From Antedon mediterranea (Eukaryota > Animalia > Echinodermata): a stretch of DNA of 64,000 bases. The first letter of the stretch is position 1; every line of letters begins with the position of its first letter. Both the position numbers and the translations under genes were made by a program. The notes under the pieces were generated by a model that saw only the letters and a list, made by a program, of their open reading frames with translations, had not been told where the DNA came from and ran no database searches. Of the stretch, positions 1 through 44,387 are shown in pieces. The DNA lies in the NCBI RefSeq assembly GCF_964355755.1, contig NC_092674.1:24986001-25050000 (forward strand), in the 5' to 3' direction.

Positions 1-2858
1 ATGAATGTATAGTTTCTGAACAATTTGAGCCCTATTTCGTGTCTCTCCGATTATTGGTTACTGAGATACGATAAATCAAGGTCAAAGGTCAAAATGCCAG
101 AAATAAGACTTGCATCCATTTTTTGAGAAAATGTGTCATTAAAGTGAATATAAAAACATATATTTAAAACATTTTGACACCAAAATTAATTATCTGTGAC
201 AAGTGGTTCTCGAGATATAGGGTAATTATAAAAAATGGCCGCCATTTTTAATTATGCAAATTAAAGGCTTAGATGGCCGAATTTCGCTTGGGATCCGCCA
301 TATTCGTAATCAGCAAGGTCGAAATATCCTAAATCAAGTGGATCCCAGCTTCTACCCAAAACTGCTTCTTGATTCGTTTTCTAGGCTGTTTTTTCAGAAA
401 TCTACTACTACTAGGCCTAGGCCTATAATAAATAATATAGGGCTAGGCCTAGAACTAGGCCTAGAAATTAAAAACAAAAATTAAGTACCTGTATTTCACA
501 AAGTAATACAAAAAAAATATTAATGACAAGTTACTAAGTATCATTTGAATATTACATCTTAAAAATGTAATTAAGGAAAGGGTATTTGGCTGTGTTTACA
601 TACGGCGGTCACACACGCGATGCTTGCTGGAACAGCTAGACCAGCTGCTGGGATGGTGAGACTAGAGCACATGTTTTGTCACTAAATTTGGGTAACCAAA
701 TTGGTTGATTTTTTTCGGAGAAAAAAATTAATTAAAATTCCAAAGACAGAAGTGAAGAATCTTCCTCTAATTAATAAAAATAGGCCTACTTCTATTAAAT
801 TTTTTTTTTATTAACTATATTTTATACATTAAAATTGATTTGTTCAATAAAAGCAACCATTTGGTTGGTACTTGTTCTGGCTTAAAAGACTAGTTGAGGC
901 ATTTATCTGACACCGCACTGGATACACTGTGAGGTGTAATGGAAGTAAATTGGCACTTGAAAGCAGACAGGGGAATCCCCTTATTGGTGACTTGACACGC
1001 TGATTTAAGGAGCGTGATTAGTTGCTCTCCTTCGTTAACTTTAACGAGGAACGTGATTGCGAAGGCGCTCTATAAAAATGATGGACTACAAACAATTAGG
1101 CCAGTGGCTAGAGTATTTTAATAATGCATTTTAAAAGTCTAGGCCTAAATATTCTCTAGCCTAATTATTTACACACTAGACACCCGGGCTTGTTGGGTGG
1201 AAGATTGACTAACCCAGAGCAGTTTTAACTAGACATTGTACGCCGGACTAGTGAAATATCGAGCCCTGTATATACCTCCATGGCCATATCGATGCATGAT
1301 TCTATATCTACTCATCAACTTCCATAATAATAATATGTAATAAAAAATAAACTTCACCACGTAGTTTAGAATTTATGACTGTTTAAAAAAAAGGCGTAAT
1401 TTTGACGAAATAGATTTTACGCATTTTAAAATTTTAAATGCGTGTGCGCGCGTAACTTTCTGTGAAACATGCCATTTTTAATGCATAGAAAGTTTGCCCT
1501 TGATATAACTTACATTTTCTCCAAGTTTCAATACAAAATGATTTTTGGTTTTTAATCTATGATCAATCATTGAAATTCATAAAATAGGTGCAAGAAAAGA
1601 GGTGCAAGAAGTTTCTTGCACATCTACAGTTAAAGGTCAATCTTGTGACAAAGTTATGTTGACAAGTATTAGAGATACGCTGCGGACAAAATTCTGGGAA
1701 AGAAAGAAGAATAAGATAGAAAAAAAAAAGATCCTGATAACCAATCAACATTTATATTTTTTACGATTTATTTACAAAGTGTGTTTAGAAATGTTTGCGA
1801 TTTGCCAGACTTTACCAGAAAACTCGTGACAAAAATTTTGTGATGCACCTGTGATGTGACAGCAATTTACAGCAATGGCTGTACGGCGAGCGTGTCCGGC
1901 GATATCCTTGATCTCGCGATGGTTCTGAAATCATGTACATCCCTTAAAATACTGTACGTTGTTAAAATATGGTCCTCGATCGAGTTCTCCTTTTATACTG
2001 TAGGCTAGGACTACGGATAGTCAAGTAAAAATCATCATAATTCATAGTTTTACCAGTTTTAAGCTAGAGTAGACACATTTCCTACAATGTCTAATGACAT
2101 GACTACATTTATATCAAAGATAAGAGAATGAATATTAATTGAAAATAGATAAGGTACTGTATAATCAGGATGCCAATAACATTTATTAATTTAAAGCAAG
2201 GTCTATTTTGGGCCTCTTTTTGCTACAGCACCGAATAAACAACTTATTTCAAAATAAATTGTTACTGTACAGTATATTCATTCATTCATTTTACCCATGA
2301 ATATAAATATCCTAAACAATATTATTGACAGCATTTCTGCAAAATCTATGCCAAAAAAGCATAAATGTTGCCCAACATGTTCATTGCAGCTACAAGTGTA
2401 ACAGCAACACCCAGTTAAATTTCATTACTTACATCCAATCATTGGTGTTGGTTTGAGTTACCACCATTAAACCGATTATTGATAATTTTTCCTGTTTCTG
2501 CTGCCAAGAAATGTTGGTGATTTATTCATTAACCAGTTTTTGGCAGTGAAACAGGCCCTTGACCGAACTGCCTTTATTATTTGTAATACTTAAATAAATT
2601 AAAAAACTAAATTGAGATTGAAAAGTCCCATTCCCTACTGTACGTTTTTTAGAATTTAAATTCACAAACTACATTTATGTGAGGGCGTGTGGCACGTTGT
2701 GTTGGACGTTTGATTACTGATCTTGAGATCGTTATATTTTAGTTTTTCTTTTCTGATTCGCCCACATTCGATTGATTGTGAATGCCAAAATATTAAGTGC
2801 AATAATCGTAACTTTTCAGCAAAAATACCAGGTTTCCCCAATCTGTAATTAACTGATT

Positions 2859-3302
2859 ATGGCAAAAACAGAAAGACAATTAATGCAGCAACTAGACAAT
2901 GTTAGGCTAGGCCTATAGCTAGCATATGATGTTCGTATGTTACTGTTGTTTACCAGCTAGGCCTACAAAACTAAGCTTAGCTAAGCTAGGCCTAAAGACC
3001 ATCCACGAGAGGACATTCGATGCAAGCTACTTCTTTTTATCATAATTTACCATAAAACGTACATTTAAGATAAGAAATGACCTGGTTTAATGTTTTTAAA
3101 ATAATATATTATATACAGTTTTTATGTATTATTTTTACAAAACGTTAACAATTGCTGATACACTATTTGCTGCCATTTTATAGTATGATGATTTGTTAAT
3201 GTATGTCCAAATGACCAACTCATCACTTAACCAGTGCCATATCATGTAAACACTTGAGTTGCCTTCAATTAAAAATGACAGTCTCATTGATATTTACGGT
3301 AG
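2859..3302 (+). other. Candidate TRIP12 5' exons (ATG 2859 to donor 2900; exon 3184-3302) carrying a spliced 35-codon uORF
   Basis: ATG 2859 ... AAT/gttagg donor; acceptor ccattttatag/3184; strong donor AG/gtgagc at 3303. Joined ORF MAKTERQLMQQLDN-YDDLLMYVQMTNSSLNQCHIM* (TAA 3247-3249). The exon ends in phase 2, matching the 7165 exon. No transcript evidence available. Confidence 0.5.
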
Positions 3303-5607
3303 GTGAGCACATACTAAGGTTGTGTTCACATAAATTAATGTACAATATGCTGCTTAATGTGTGTCTTTATACATTATGAGATTGCCAGCTATTTGAATAG
3401 GCCTCCATTTTACTTGCTATCTTTTTGGTATAGAAATATAGCCTGATTTAAATTTAACGAACCTTTTATTAAATAATGAAAAATAAACATTCTCTAAAAC
3501 TACCAAAACACAGGACTACCATATTTCACCAAAGTATTAGATACTCCGGTGCAAAACTTGAATGTTTTGCCTCTTTCGCTACAAAACATACAAAATGTAA
3601 ATAGTTTCAAAAAGATCGCAAAATATTATTTATTATCAAACAATACTTAGCAATAGTTAAAATGTATTAATATGGTTTATACTGCAATTGATATGTACTA
3701 CTTTTCGTTTTTATTGTTATTTTCATTTCTATGTCTTATTTTATATGTTCTGCTTTTGAATGTTTTTATTTTGGCGTCCCTGACACAAGCTTTTGCTTTT
3801 TTTGGTGACGCCACCTTTTTTGGAAATAAATGTTGATTTTGATTGATTGATTGATTGAACAAAAAATGAATGTTTACTGTATAAGAAGAGAAGAACTTTA
3901 GAAGAGATCCAAAGAAGATACGACTCCTTCATTAGAGACCATACTCAAGTTCTTTAGTAACCCCTATTAAAGGGACACCTTTGGGACCCAATAGAGTGTC
4001 CCCATAATAGCTAATGGGACACCCTAATATGGTGTCCCATTAGAGTTTGGCCTTAGTGTTATTGTATTCTCAATTTACACACATTCGACAGACATCAAAT
4101 CGATACACCATCATCTTTCATACACAGGGAAATCTCTGATAAGATTGTAAATTAGGGTCATGATCTAATGTTAAAGTATTGCATGATTTATATACTCACA
4201 GAAATTCTACATTAATCAGTTTTTATTTGTTTATTTTAAGCATTGTAAAGAAGGTGTGAATATGATATGTGTTTAAAATTAAAAAGAGAATAAATGAATA
4301 GATAAAATGGTCATTATAATGCACAAAACATGACGTGCATCCAAAGCATTTTATGCCCCAAGTGGGTTCCATTATATCAACTGCACACAGTTGCCAACAC
4401 CCTCAGGATATTTTCAATTAGATGTTGAGGGCACTGTCTATTTAATTTTAATGTCTTTTATAGTTTTATCTTTTTAGAAATAACTGATGACTAATAACAA
4501 AGTTAATTCAAATTTCTCGTTTAACCTTGCTTGTAAATCACTGTTCTGATTCATTGCATAATATACAGTATATAAACATGCAGTAAAACCCCTTCTCTGG
4601 GACATCCCTATTCAGGGGACACCTATTAAAGGGACACTTCCTTGTGAGCAGGTGTAGCATGTTTTAAGCAGTGGCGTAGGCTTGAGGCCCCTGGTTTAGG
4701 ATAGGAGTGACCCTCCAACGCTGGAGGCCTCGGGTGTTTTTTCGACATATTTTAATACCTATTTCTTTCCTTTGGGCACTGCTCAGGGCGTCATAAACTC
4801 TGGGGCCCCTGAGTTTAGCCAGTGAGTGCTCATAGCCACTGGTTTAAATTAAGGCTAATACACTATTCAGAGGATGAGTCTTGAAGTTGTCCCCTTATTT
4901 GGAGTTCTTTATTATTAGTTTAGAAAATATTTTAAAAATTTTATTTGATTTGTAGAATTAGTAATGATGTCTACTAATATTAGTTTTACTGGAAGGCATG
5001 ATGGCAGCGCCTACTCACCGTCTCATAAATCATTTTTCAAATTAAATCTTAAGAAATATTGTCATTGCACTTCTTAGATCTTCTCAAAATATAAATTATT
5101 AAAGATATATTGTCCCTTTGAAAAAATAAATTTTTAAAATTATTTTTTAATTGTTTTTCTACTGAACTAAAACTGTGAAATGGCCTATTCAATCTTATTA
5201 ATCTTTATTTTTCATGTTTCATCTTTTATTAAAGGTTGAAGGCAATAGTTTGTCAAACAAATGTTGTTGTCAGGAATATATATGAATGCCGCCCTCTATT
5301 TGTTACATAATTTTCTACCAGATTGCACAAACATAAACTACACTGGCTGCCCTCTATTGTTTAACTCCTATGGAGACACACTTTTCTTTTTTTCCTGAAA
5401 GATGTATTGTCCCCCTGAAAAATAATTTTTACAATTTTTTTGTTGAATATGCCAATTTAATGTTACATAATAGTTATCAACTTTGACCAAAAATTGGATC
5501 TAAACAAATTTTATTTAGCAGAAAAAACTGTAACTTTATTAGAAATACAAAATAACCTAATCAAAGTATGAAATAATTAATCTTCATTTTTCATGTTTCA
5601 TACATAT

Positions 5608-6998
5608 GGGTCGCGTCATCACGAAAGGAGCCTTGTGTCGCAAAAGCTATATTGCTATAATTAGCTTTGAAAGTTGGAATAGTCAATTTTGACTGAAAAT
5701 AATTTTTTTTTTTTTTTACATATTCGACATATTCAACTATTATAGTTTACTTTTCCTTAATTATTAAAACTTAATTTTGTTCCAAAATACATAATTTTGA
5801 CGTTTTTATAGACAATGTTGTAAGGTTTTGTGTGGAATTCTGACGATTTCAGTCGTAAACGGCCAAAAATCTACCCTATTTTTCAATCGAATGTTCTCGC
5901 CTTTCCAACATTAGAAACCCGTCACAACTGGTATGGTTTTAAAGCTTGAAACGTCATCTTTCAGAATATCATGAATAAACATTTGTATTTGCAATCATAG
6001 TCCAATCACAATCACTTTTATAAAGGCTTCGGCCTTAGATACAGCCAAACAAAAGGGACTAATCGCGTCCTCTGATTGGTCAATCACATGTGAGCATGCG
6101 TAGACGTATTGTTTACTTCCTTGGTAAGCTGTTCGCACGAGGTTTACAGTGTGCTACATTATTGTCCTACTTTCGTGTTATAATTTACAATCTTTTAATC
6201 AACTATACTATAATTCTTTTGCATCATTCGAATTAGTAGTTTGATATAATTAATAGAAATGTCTAATTCTGATAATGAACGATCGGAAAAAGTCATAGCT
6301 GACGCTTTAAATGCTGGCCTTCTTGCTAATGCTGACGATGCGGCCCGGCCCCTGTTCAGCGACTAGGCCTACATACATTCAGGATTTTTTTACTCGGTGA
6401 GGGGCTAAAGAAAATGGGGTAAGTGAAGATGATGATGAGGATACTAAAGACTGGATGGGGATAGACGAAGATTCTTACGGCGAGGATAGTTATTGAAAAC
6501 GAATAAGAATGTGTAAGAATTTGTATAGGCCTAATCATGATCTAGAGTAGAAGTGAGTTATGTTAACAGATTGTGTGCTCAAAATAATCCATTAATCAAC
6601 ATAATTATGCATTTTTAATTGTTGATTTTATATATGAAGATGATAATAAAATTGAAAGAAATTAAAGTGTAATCTTTATTCGTATTCATTCTTTAAGTGT
6701 GTAAAATTTCATGTAGATCCATTAATAATAACTAATGGTATCCAAGGAGAATGTGTTGTGGATATTGAATAGAACCAATGTAATGGTCCACTGAACTTCA
6801 AAGGCTGTTTTCTAATTGTTGATAATCTATTGAATTCGGAAGTGCTTTGTTGAAATCGGGTCATATCTTAATTGCCTTGAAAGAAATATAAAGCAAGTTA
6901 CATATTTTTGGAAAGCTTAAAGAATGGAGATTAATATTAAAATAATAATAAAAAAAATTTTATTTCAACACAAGGCTCCTTTTGTAGTGACACGACCC
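5608..6998. mobile_element. 1.4-kb non-autonomous DNA transposon, Sola2-like
   Basis: ~30-bp TIRs GGGTCGCGTCATCACGAAAGGAGCCTTGTGT / ACACAAGGCTCCTTTTGTAGTGACACGACCC, flanked by ATAT on both sides. GRG termini with a 4-bp TSD fit Sola2; the superfamily call is inference. Confidence 0.75.
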
Positions 6999-7164
6999 AT
7001 ATATTCTATTTGGATATTATTATAATACATATTTTTGAAAACACCACTTAAAATTGATAAAATCTAAACACTGTATAGAAATCCATGAACTAAAATATAA
7101 CACATTAGATATGTATGAAAATGTACAATATTCCTAAATTTGTATTTTCTTTTTTATTTTGTAG

Positions 7165-38889
<31,725 letters not shown>

Positions 38890-38908
38890 CGTTGCCACTT
38901 ACCATTCA

Positions 38909-39117
38909 TCAACTACGTAAAGCTGCTAGATTGATAATCGATGCAAATAAAGTTGAAAGTGGCCGGCAAAGAAAGACAGAAATTATTTCATTTGTCATAA
39001 TTTTGCCACTGTAGCAATGTGATATATCAACTACTAAAGCTGCTAGATAGATAATCGATGCAAATAAAGTTGACAGTGGCCGGCAAAGAAAGACAGAAAT
39101 TATTTCATTTGTCATAA
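38909..39117 (+). repeat. Two degenerate tandem copies of the last ~100 nt of the TRIP12 CDS in the 3' UTR
   Basis: 38909-39000 and 39027-39117 align to 38789-38889 (TCAACTAC..AAAG..GATGCAA..GTGGC..AAAGAA..TTTCATTTGTCATAA). Confidence 0.88.
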
Positions 39118-41426
39118 TAATCAAGCAATCATACTGTCCAGTGAACTTGGTGACATCAAGAACACTTTGTACGAAACAGATAATCTTTTGTTTCAGCAAA
39201 TTGGACAAGCAAGAGAAAAAATTTCTTTTGCCATTCTTTCATTACCTTATCATTATCGTATGAAATGGATTCAGATATTTTCATGTTTGAGTAAAGTGGA
39301 CAAGAGGACAATTTTCTTTTACAATTATCTTTCACTACATTGTCTACTAAAGAATCGCATTTAGGAAGAAACAAACTTGTTAATAGAGCAGTCAGTAGTA
39401 TACATTGGTTTATTTGTACACTGGAGTCACCAATAACTCCAGAATCCATGAATCGGAAATAAATAAATATTGCTTCAATAACGTCTGGAAAAATGTTAAA
39501 TACTTGTAAAGGTTGAAGTACATCATCCCATTGTCGAATTGGAGATATTGGATATAAATGCTAAACAACTTTTACAGTGAGTGCATCCTAAAAAATTACT
39601 GTTCATCATGTTTCGGAAAATATGTACGTTTCTTTCCGGATGAATAGTTTCCTAATGGTCGTCAAGGTTACGCTGCTTACAAAGAGATCAGTGTTGAGTA
39701 TTCTTGTTACAATTATGGACTTAAACAATCCTTTATTGTTGATGTAAAAATCCGTTGTCAAGAATAATTGGAAAATGATCAAACTTATTTGAAGCGTTCA
39801 AGCAAGGCATTGCGAGCTCTTTTGATCTTTCAGAAGAATCCATTTAATGTATAACCAACAAACCACAGTGAATTTGTCATTATTGTGGAACATTTATTTT
39901 CAGCTAGATATCTGTTTGGCGTTCATGCACATAAGCGTGTTGTAAATACAGTGTAAAGCATTTTTTTCACATCGATCACATGAGTGAAACTTTGAGCAAG
40001 AGTAACTTTAAATTATCTCGGATATACGTAAAGTTAAAAAATGGCCGTCGTCTGTTCAACCATCCAATGTGATAAGTGGACAGTTTTGCATTTAACCAAT
40101 GAGAGAACATGGATTTAGAAATGCAATAATCTAACAAATTCCAGAATATTGATTTGTGTAGAGCATGCCTTTCAAAATACTTGCATTTAAGTGCTTAGAT
40201 TACTATAGGTTTAAACTTAGGGTAAGTTTTGTACATTTTAACCAAGCCTTCATTGGTGCTAAAACTACATTAACTGTTCTAAAATTCACTACTGTATGGT
40301 ATATAGAACGCTTTGAAATGATAATTGACAGCGAACAATATACATAATTTTTACTGTAAAGTTTTGTTTGATAAAGATTAAGTTGTATGATGTTAGCCGT
40401 ATTTAATCAAAATCTAAAAACTGTTCAGTTCTACAGTGTATTGCTATGTATATAGCATGTATAACTCGGCTATGTCAAACCAGATAAAACCAGTAAGGAA
40501 ACTGGCTAGTAAACGCTCTTTTTTAATTATAATTTTACAAAAATTGGACAAAAAACTTGATAGTAAATGCTCTTTTTAAATTATAGTTTAAAAAAATTGC
40601 CTTCAACTGAATAAAGAAATCATTACTCGGTGTAATGATATTAACGTTAGTGTACACATATCACTTAAGACATTTTAACATGTAATAAAACCTACTTAGC
40701 AATCTTATTAAAAATCTGTCAAACTTGTCTTCACCGAAATTTACTTTTAAATCTGGAATGTTTTGTATACATAATTTGCATATGTGCTGCATATGCCCTG
40801 CAGCAGGTGAAAGTAATACTAGAACTATACGGAAACCAAGTTGGTAAAACCTATTGTAATAAAATATGTCTCTGTATCCATAGTAAGTCTGTAACAAACA
40901 ATTATTACAATTTTATCTTAAGCCAAGCATATCAATTAAAACTTAATTCTAGCTGTTACGTTGATGTTTTATGACTGCATAAACAATTATCCTTTTCACA
41001 TGGTGTACCAAAAACTGGGAGGCTATACACACCAGACAAAATGCCAGTGTGGACACCCATAGTATGCAAGTTTTGCTAAGCAATATGAAGGGGATTAAGA
41101 ATATGGGGATACAAATGTGTCATTATTATATTAACCACTATGTATTCTAATAACTTCATACAAATGTTCTACCTGTTTGAATTTACTTTAAAATGTTTTT
41201 TAACTTTTTTACACAACTTTTTTCCTTGTTATTACAATTATGTATTACTTTTGTTATAACAAAATAACAATACACCATTTGAAATTTAAGAGTTTGTCAT
41301 CGAACATGTATAAACATTTAAATTCAACTTTAAAAAAAAATCATTTAAACATTATATAGATATATTCATAACTTTCTTTATCTGTAAAAAAAATTCACCT
41401 TTCATTAATCCAGAATCAACATGTAA

Positions 41427-41563
41427 AGCTCTGCCTACACTATGAAACTTTATGTAACAACAAAAATGTGATACTCATATGGACATAATGATGTCATAAC
41501 ACTACCATATTTGGTCACGTCACACTGTTTTTGTCAAACTTGTTTGATAGTGTTGACCGAGCA
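41427..41563 (-). mobile_element. MITE family A
   Basis: AGCTCTGCCTACACTATGAAACT ... TTTGATAGTGTTGACCGAGC. Confidence 0.7.
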
Positions 41564-42596
41564 GCTATGTTATAATATACACTAAACCAGAATTGATTTA
41601 AATATTGTTAAGCTTAGATGTATGTACCTTCCTAGCATAAAATTGGTATCAACCCATCTCAAATTTAAGGTCAAATGTTGAAAATGTCAAAATGGAAATG
41701 TATACTTGTTGGATGGTTATAAGAAAAACAACTATTGTACAATGGTGGTCGGTATATGAAGTATATCAATTCTTTAAAAACGAAAATATATATTAGTAAT
41801 AATAAACAGCAGGTCGTCCAATAATTTGCTTAGTGCCAGTTTTGCAAAACACATATCATTTAGTTAGTGGTTACTATAGTACAATTCTAATGTATATAAT
41901 AACATGTTATTGCACATTTTTATATGTTTATGCATTGTAACCGTGAACAATATAAACAGAATATATACCTATCTAGACAATAATGTCACGAATACTAAAT
42001 GTTATACATTTCAGTATTATTGTTTAGGAATCTGTTAAAATTCCTTCACAATAATACTAAAAGGTATCACATTTAAGGATATTGAACCAATAACTGGTTT
42101 TTGTAGTTTGTTTAAAAAAACATGCATATAGTGCATCGTGTTTAGTAAATAACCAACATTTACTGTACAGGCCATTATTTTAGCATTATAATAACAAAAC
42201 CATTGTTGTACATAGACTGTCACTGCAAGAAAGTATATTTATTGTTAATATTGGCAAGTTTATTTCTTTAAAGTGGCAATTAGAATTAGCATTGATATTA
42301 AAAGAAGTGATTGTTGATCTTAAATAACAAAGGATTGTGTAACAGTAGGTTTGATGTATGAGGTTCTGTGGGTAAAGTTTTTTTTTGTTTACATTTTGTT
42401 GTAGACTGATGAACCTGTTATAATTAGTAGGCCAACAAGAAGTTACTTTGATTTACAAGTCTTTTGTTTTTGTTGTATATTGACATGCTTCAGTTGTTAA
42501 TAAAAATCTACCACGCCACAGCGGGAAAACATTCATATTGTGTCTGTTTCCATGTTATTGTTGTGTACTAAACAGTTCTGAAAACTCATTTCCTTA

Positions 42597-42915
42597 TTAA
42601 GATGTATTGTTCCTCAAAAAACATGAAAAATTAAGATTAATGAAATCAGACTTTGAATATGTTGTTTGTAGCTTTAATAAAATGAATCACTTCCGTTGAA
42701 AAAAACGAAAAAAAAAAAAGTTTTGCACTTATATAAAGACAAAATGAATGGTTAAATTCAACAAAAACCCATTGGCTGGCAGCCAATTTTACAGATTTGT
42801 CCAGGTAAATACATTTTTTTTCAATTCAATTTTTGGTCAAAGTGGATAACTATTATGTAGCATATTCAACAACAAATGTTTTAATTATTTTTTCAGGGGG
42901 ACAATACATCTTTAA
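42597..42915. mobile_element. TTAA-flanked MITE (AGATGTATTGT termini); fragments at about 5099-5220, 5399-5600 and 53040-53230
   Basis: TTAAGATGTATTGTTCC ... GGGGACAATACATCTTTAA inverted ends; internal sequence shared with the other fragments. Confidence 0.65.
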
Positions 42916-44387
42916 CTAAATACAGTAATCAGTTTTTATCAAGCTAAATGGTATTAAAGTAACTTTGTTCTTTGACCTCAACATCATTCAAATTATTATT
43001 TTCAAAGGTTAAATGAACGAGTTTTGAAATTAGTACTTATGTTGTGTATTGAAAGTTGAACTCTGAATATTAATTATTATAAATCTTATAAACGGGTTTA
43101 AATATTTAAAGTCCTAACTGAAAAAAAGTCTATGTATTGGAAAACCTTTTGCTTTGCATTTCTATCTTTTTACTAATATTAAGTAAAAACAAAGTCTAGA
43201 AAGTAAAGTATTATTGCAGAAAAAAAATTTATATTAGCCTTTTATCCTTATATTTCTGATGTACCCCCTCTATAGATCGATACTGTTTCTGATGGGTGGT
43301 CTGCTACTGTAAAGGTCTTTGTTTACCATTAAAAAATATAATAATCAAAGTCAATTTATTTTCAATTGAAATAAATATAAATATAATTGTGTATTTTGAA
43401 ATAATACATTACAAATAACTTGTTTTTGTGTAGTTTTTATCTTAATGTTTCACTTTAAAATCGATTTAGTTTTTGACTTACAAATAAAAATTGTTTTGAA
43501 AATACATAGCTTTTAAGCAGAAAGTTGATAAATAGGACCTATACCGCCCTCTAGTTTACAGAATGAACGGAACAGCTTTGTTGCTCCAGAAGACCACACA
43601 CATGGCTGTGTTTACACTAGGGTGGTCTATCTTCATGTTCACAGTGAGTTCGGTCAGTCAGCACCAGCAGGTCAGCACTCAAAGAATGTGAAAAAGAAGG
43701 GAAATGTTGGTTGTAAAAGTAGGCAGATTATGCTGCCATAATACAATATACAATGCATTCTCGGGTTCAAAAGTATAAACAGAAGGTAATTTTGAAATAT
43801 ATTAATTATATTATAAATTGTCTTTTTCGACAAGAACAACGGGTCAGTCTTCCGGTTTTGAAACTTAGTAGACTAGTCTACTTTGTACTGTATAGGCAAG
43901 AAGGAGTGGAAGCTGACTGCAGTAGGGGATAGGATAGATGGGTAGTAGTGAAGGCAATATAGTCATTTCGTCCAAATTTGTTTGCATATGTCACTTTTTA
44001 TTTATAATTTGTTTCTCCACTATTAGTATTAACTATTAGCTTAATCAACTATTATTAGGCATGATTATGTGAATTAAAATTGATTTATTATTAGGTTTAG
44101 GATAGAAAGTTTTTGTTAAGTTGATTGTAAAACTATATGGTACCGTGGTGGTACAGTAAAACTACACTATACTATAGTCTATTAAGTATACAGTATTTTA
44201 AAAACTAATTTTATTTTTAAAAAGTTTGTAATTTAACATTTTTGTTTCTATTTGAATTGATATATTATATTTTTGTTAATAATAAGTCAATAAATGTTTA
44301 ATAATGTTTATATATTTTTAGAATTGAATTGAATAAAGTAATTCTTAAATTTACAGATTTGACAGAATTTAAAAAAAATAAGTTATC

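Noticed and set aside
1-410. Probable end of a repeat element (AAGGTCAAAGGTCA, AAAATGGCCGCCATTTT) and ORF 254..484
   Set aside because: Truncated by the window edge; no partner terminus or second copy to support a call.
3185-3260. C/D-box snoRNA suggested by ATGATGA
   Set aside because: No D box (CTGA) or terminal stem at a suitable distance; splice signals explain the segment better.
7115-7164. ATG 7115/7121 as the TRIP12 start (ORF track)
   Set aside because: Lies upstream of and runs through a polypyrimidine tract and AG (FVFSFLFC), so it is most likely intronic; not excluded without transcripts.
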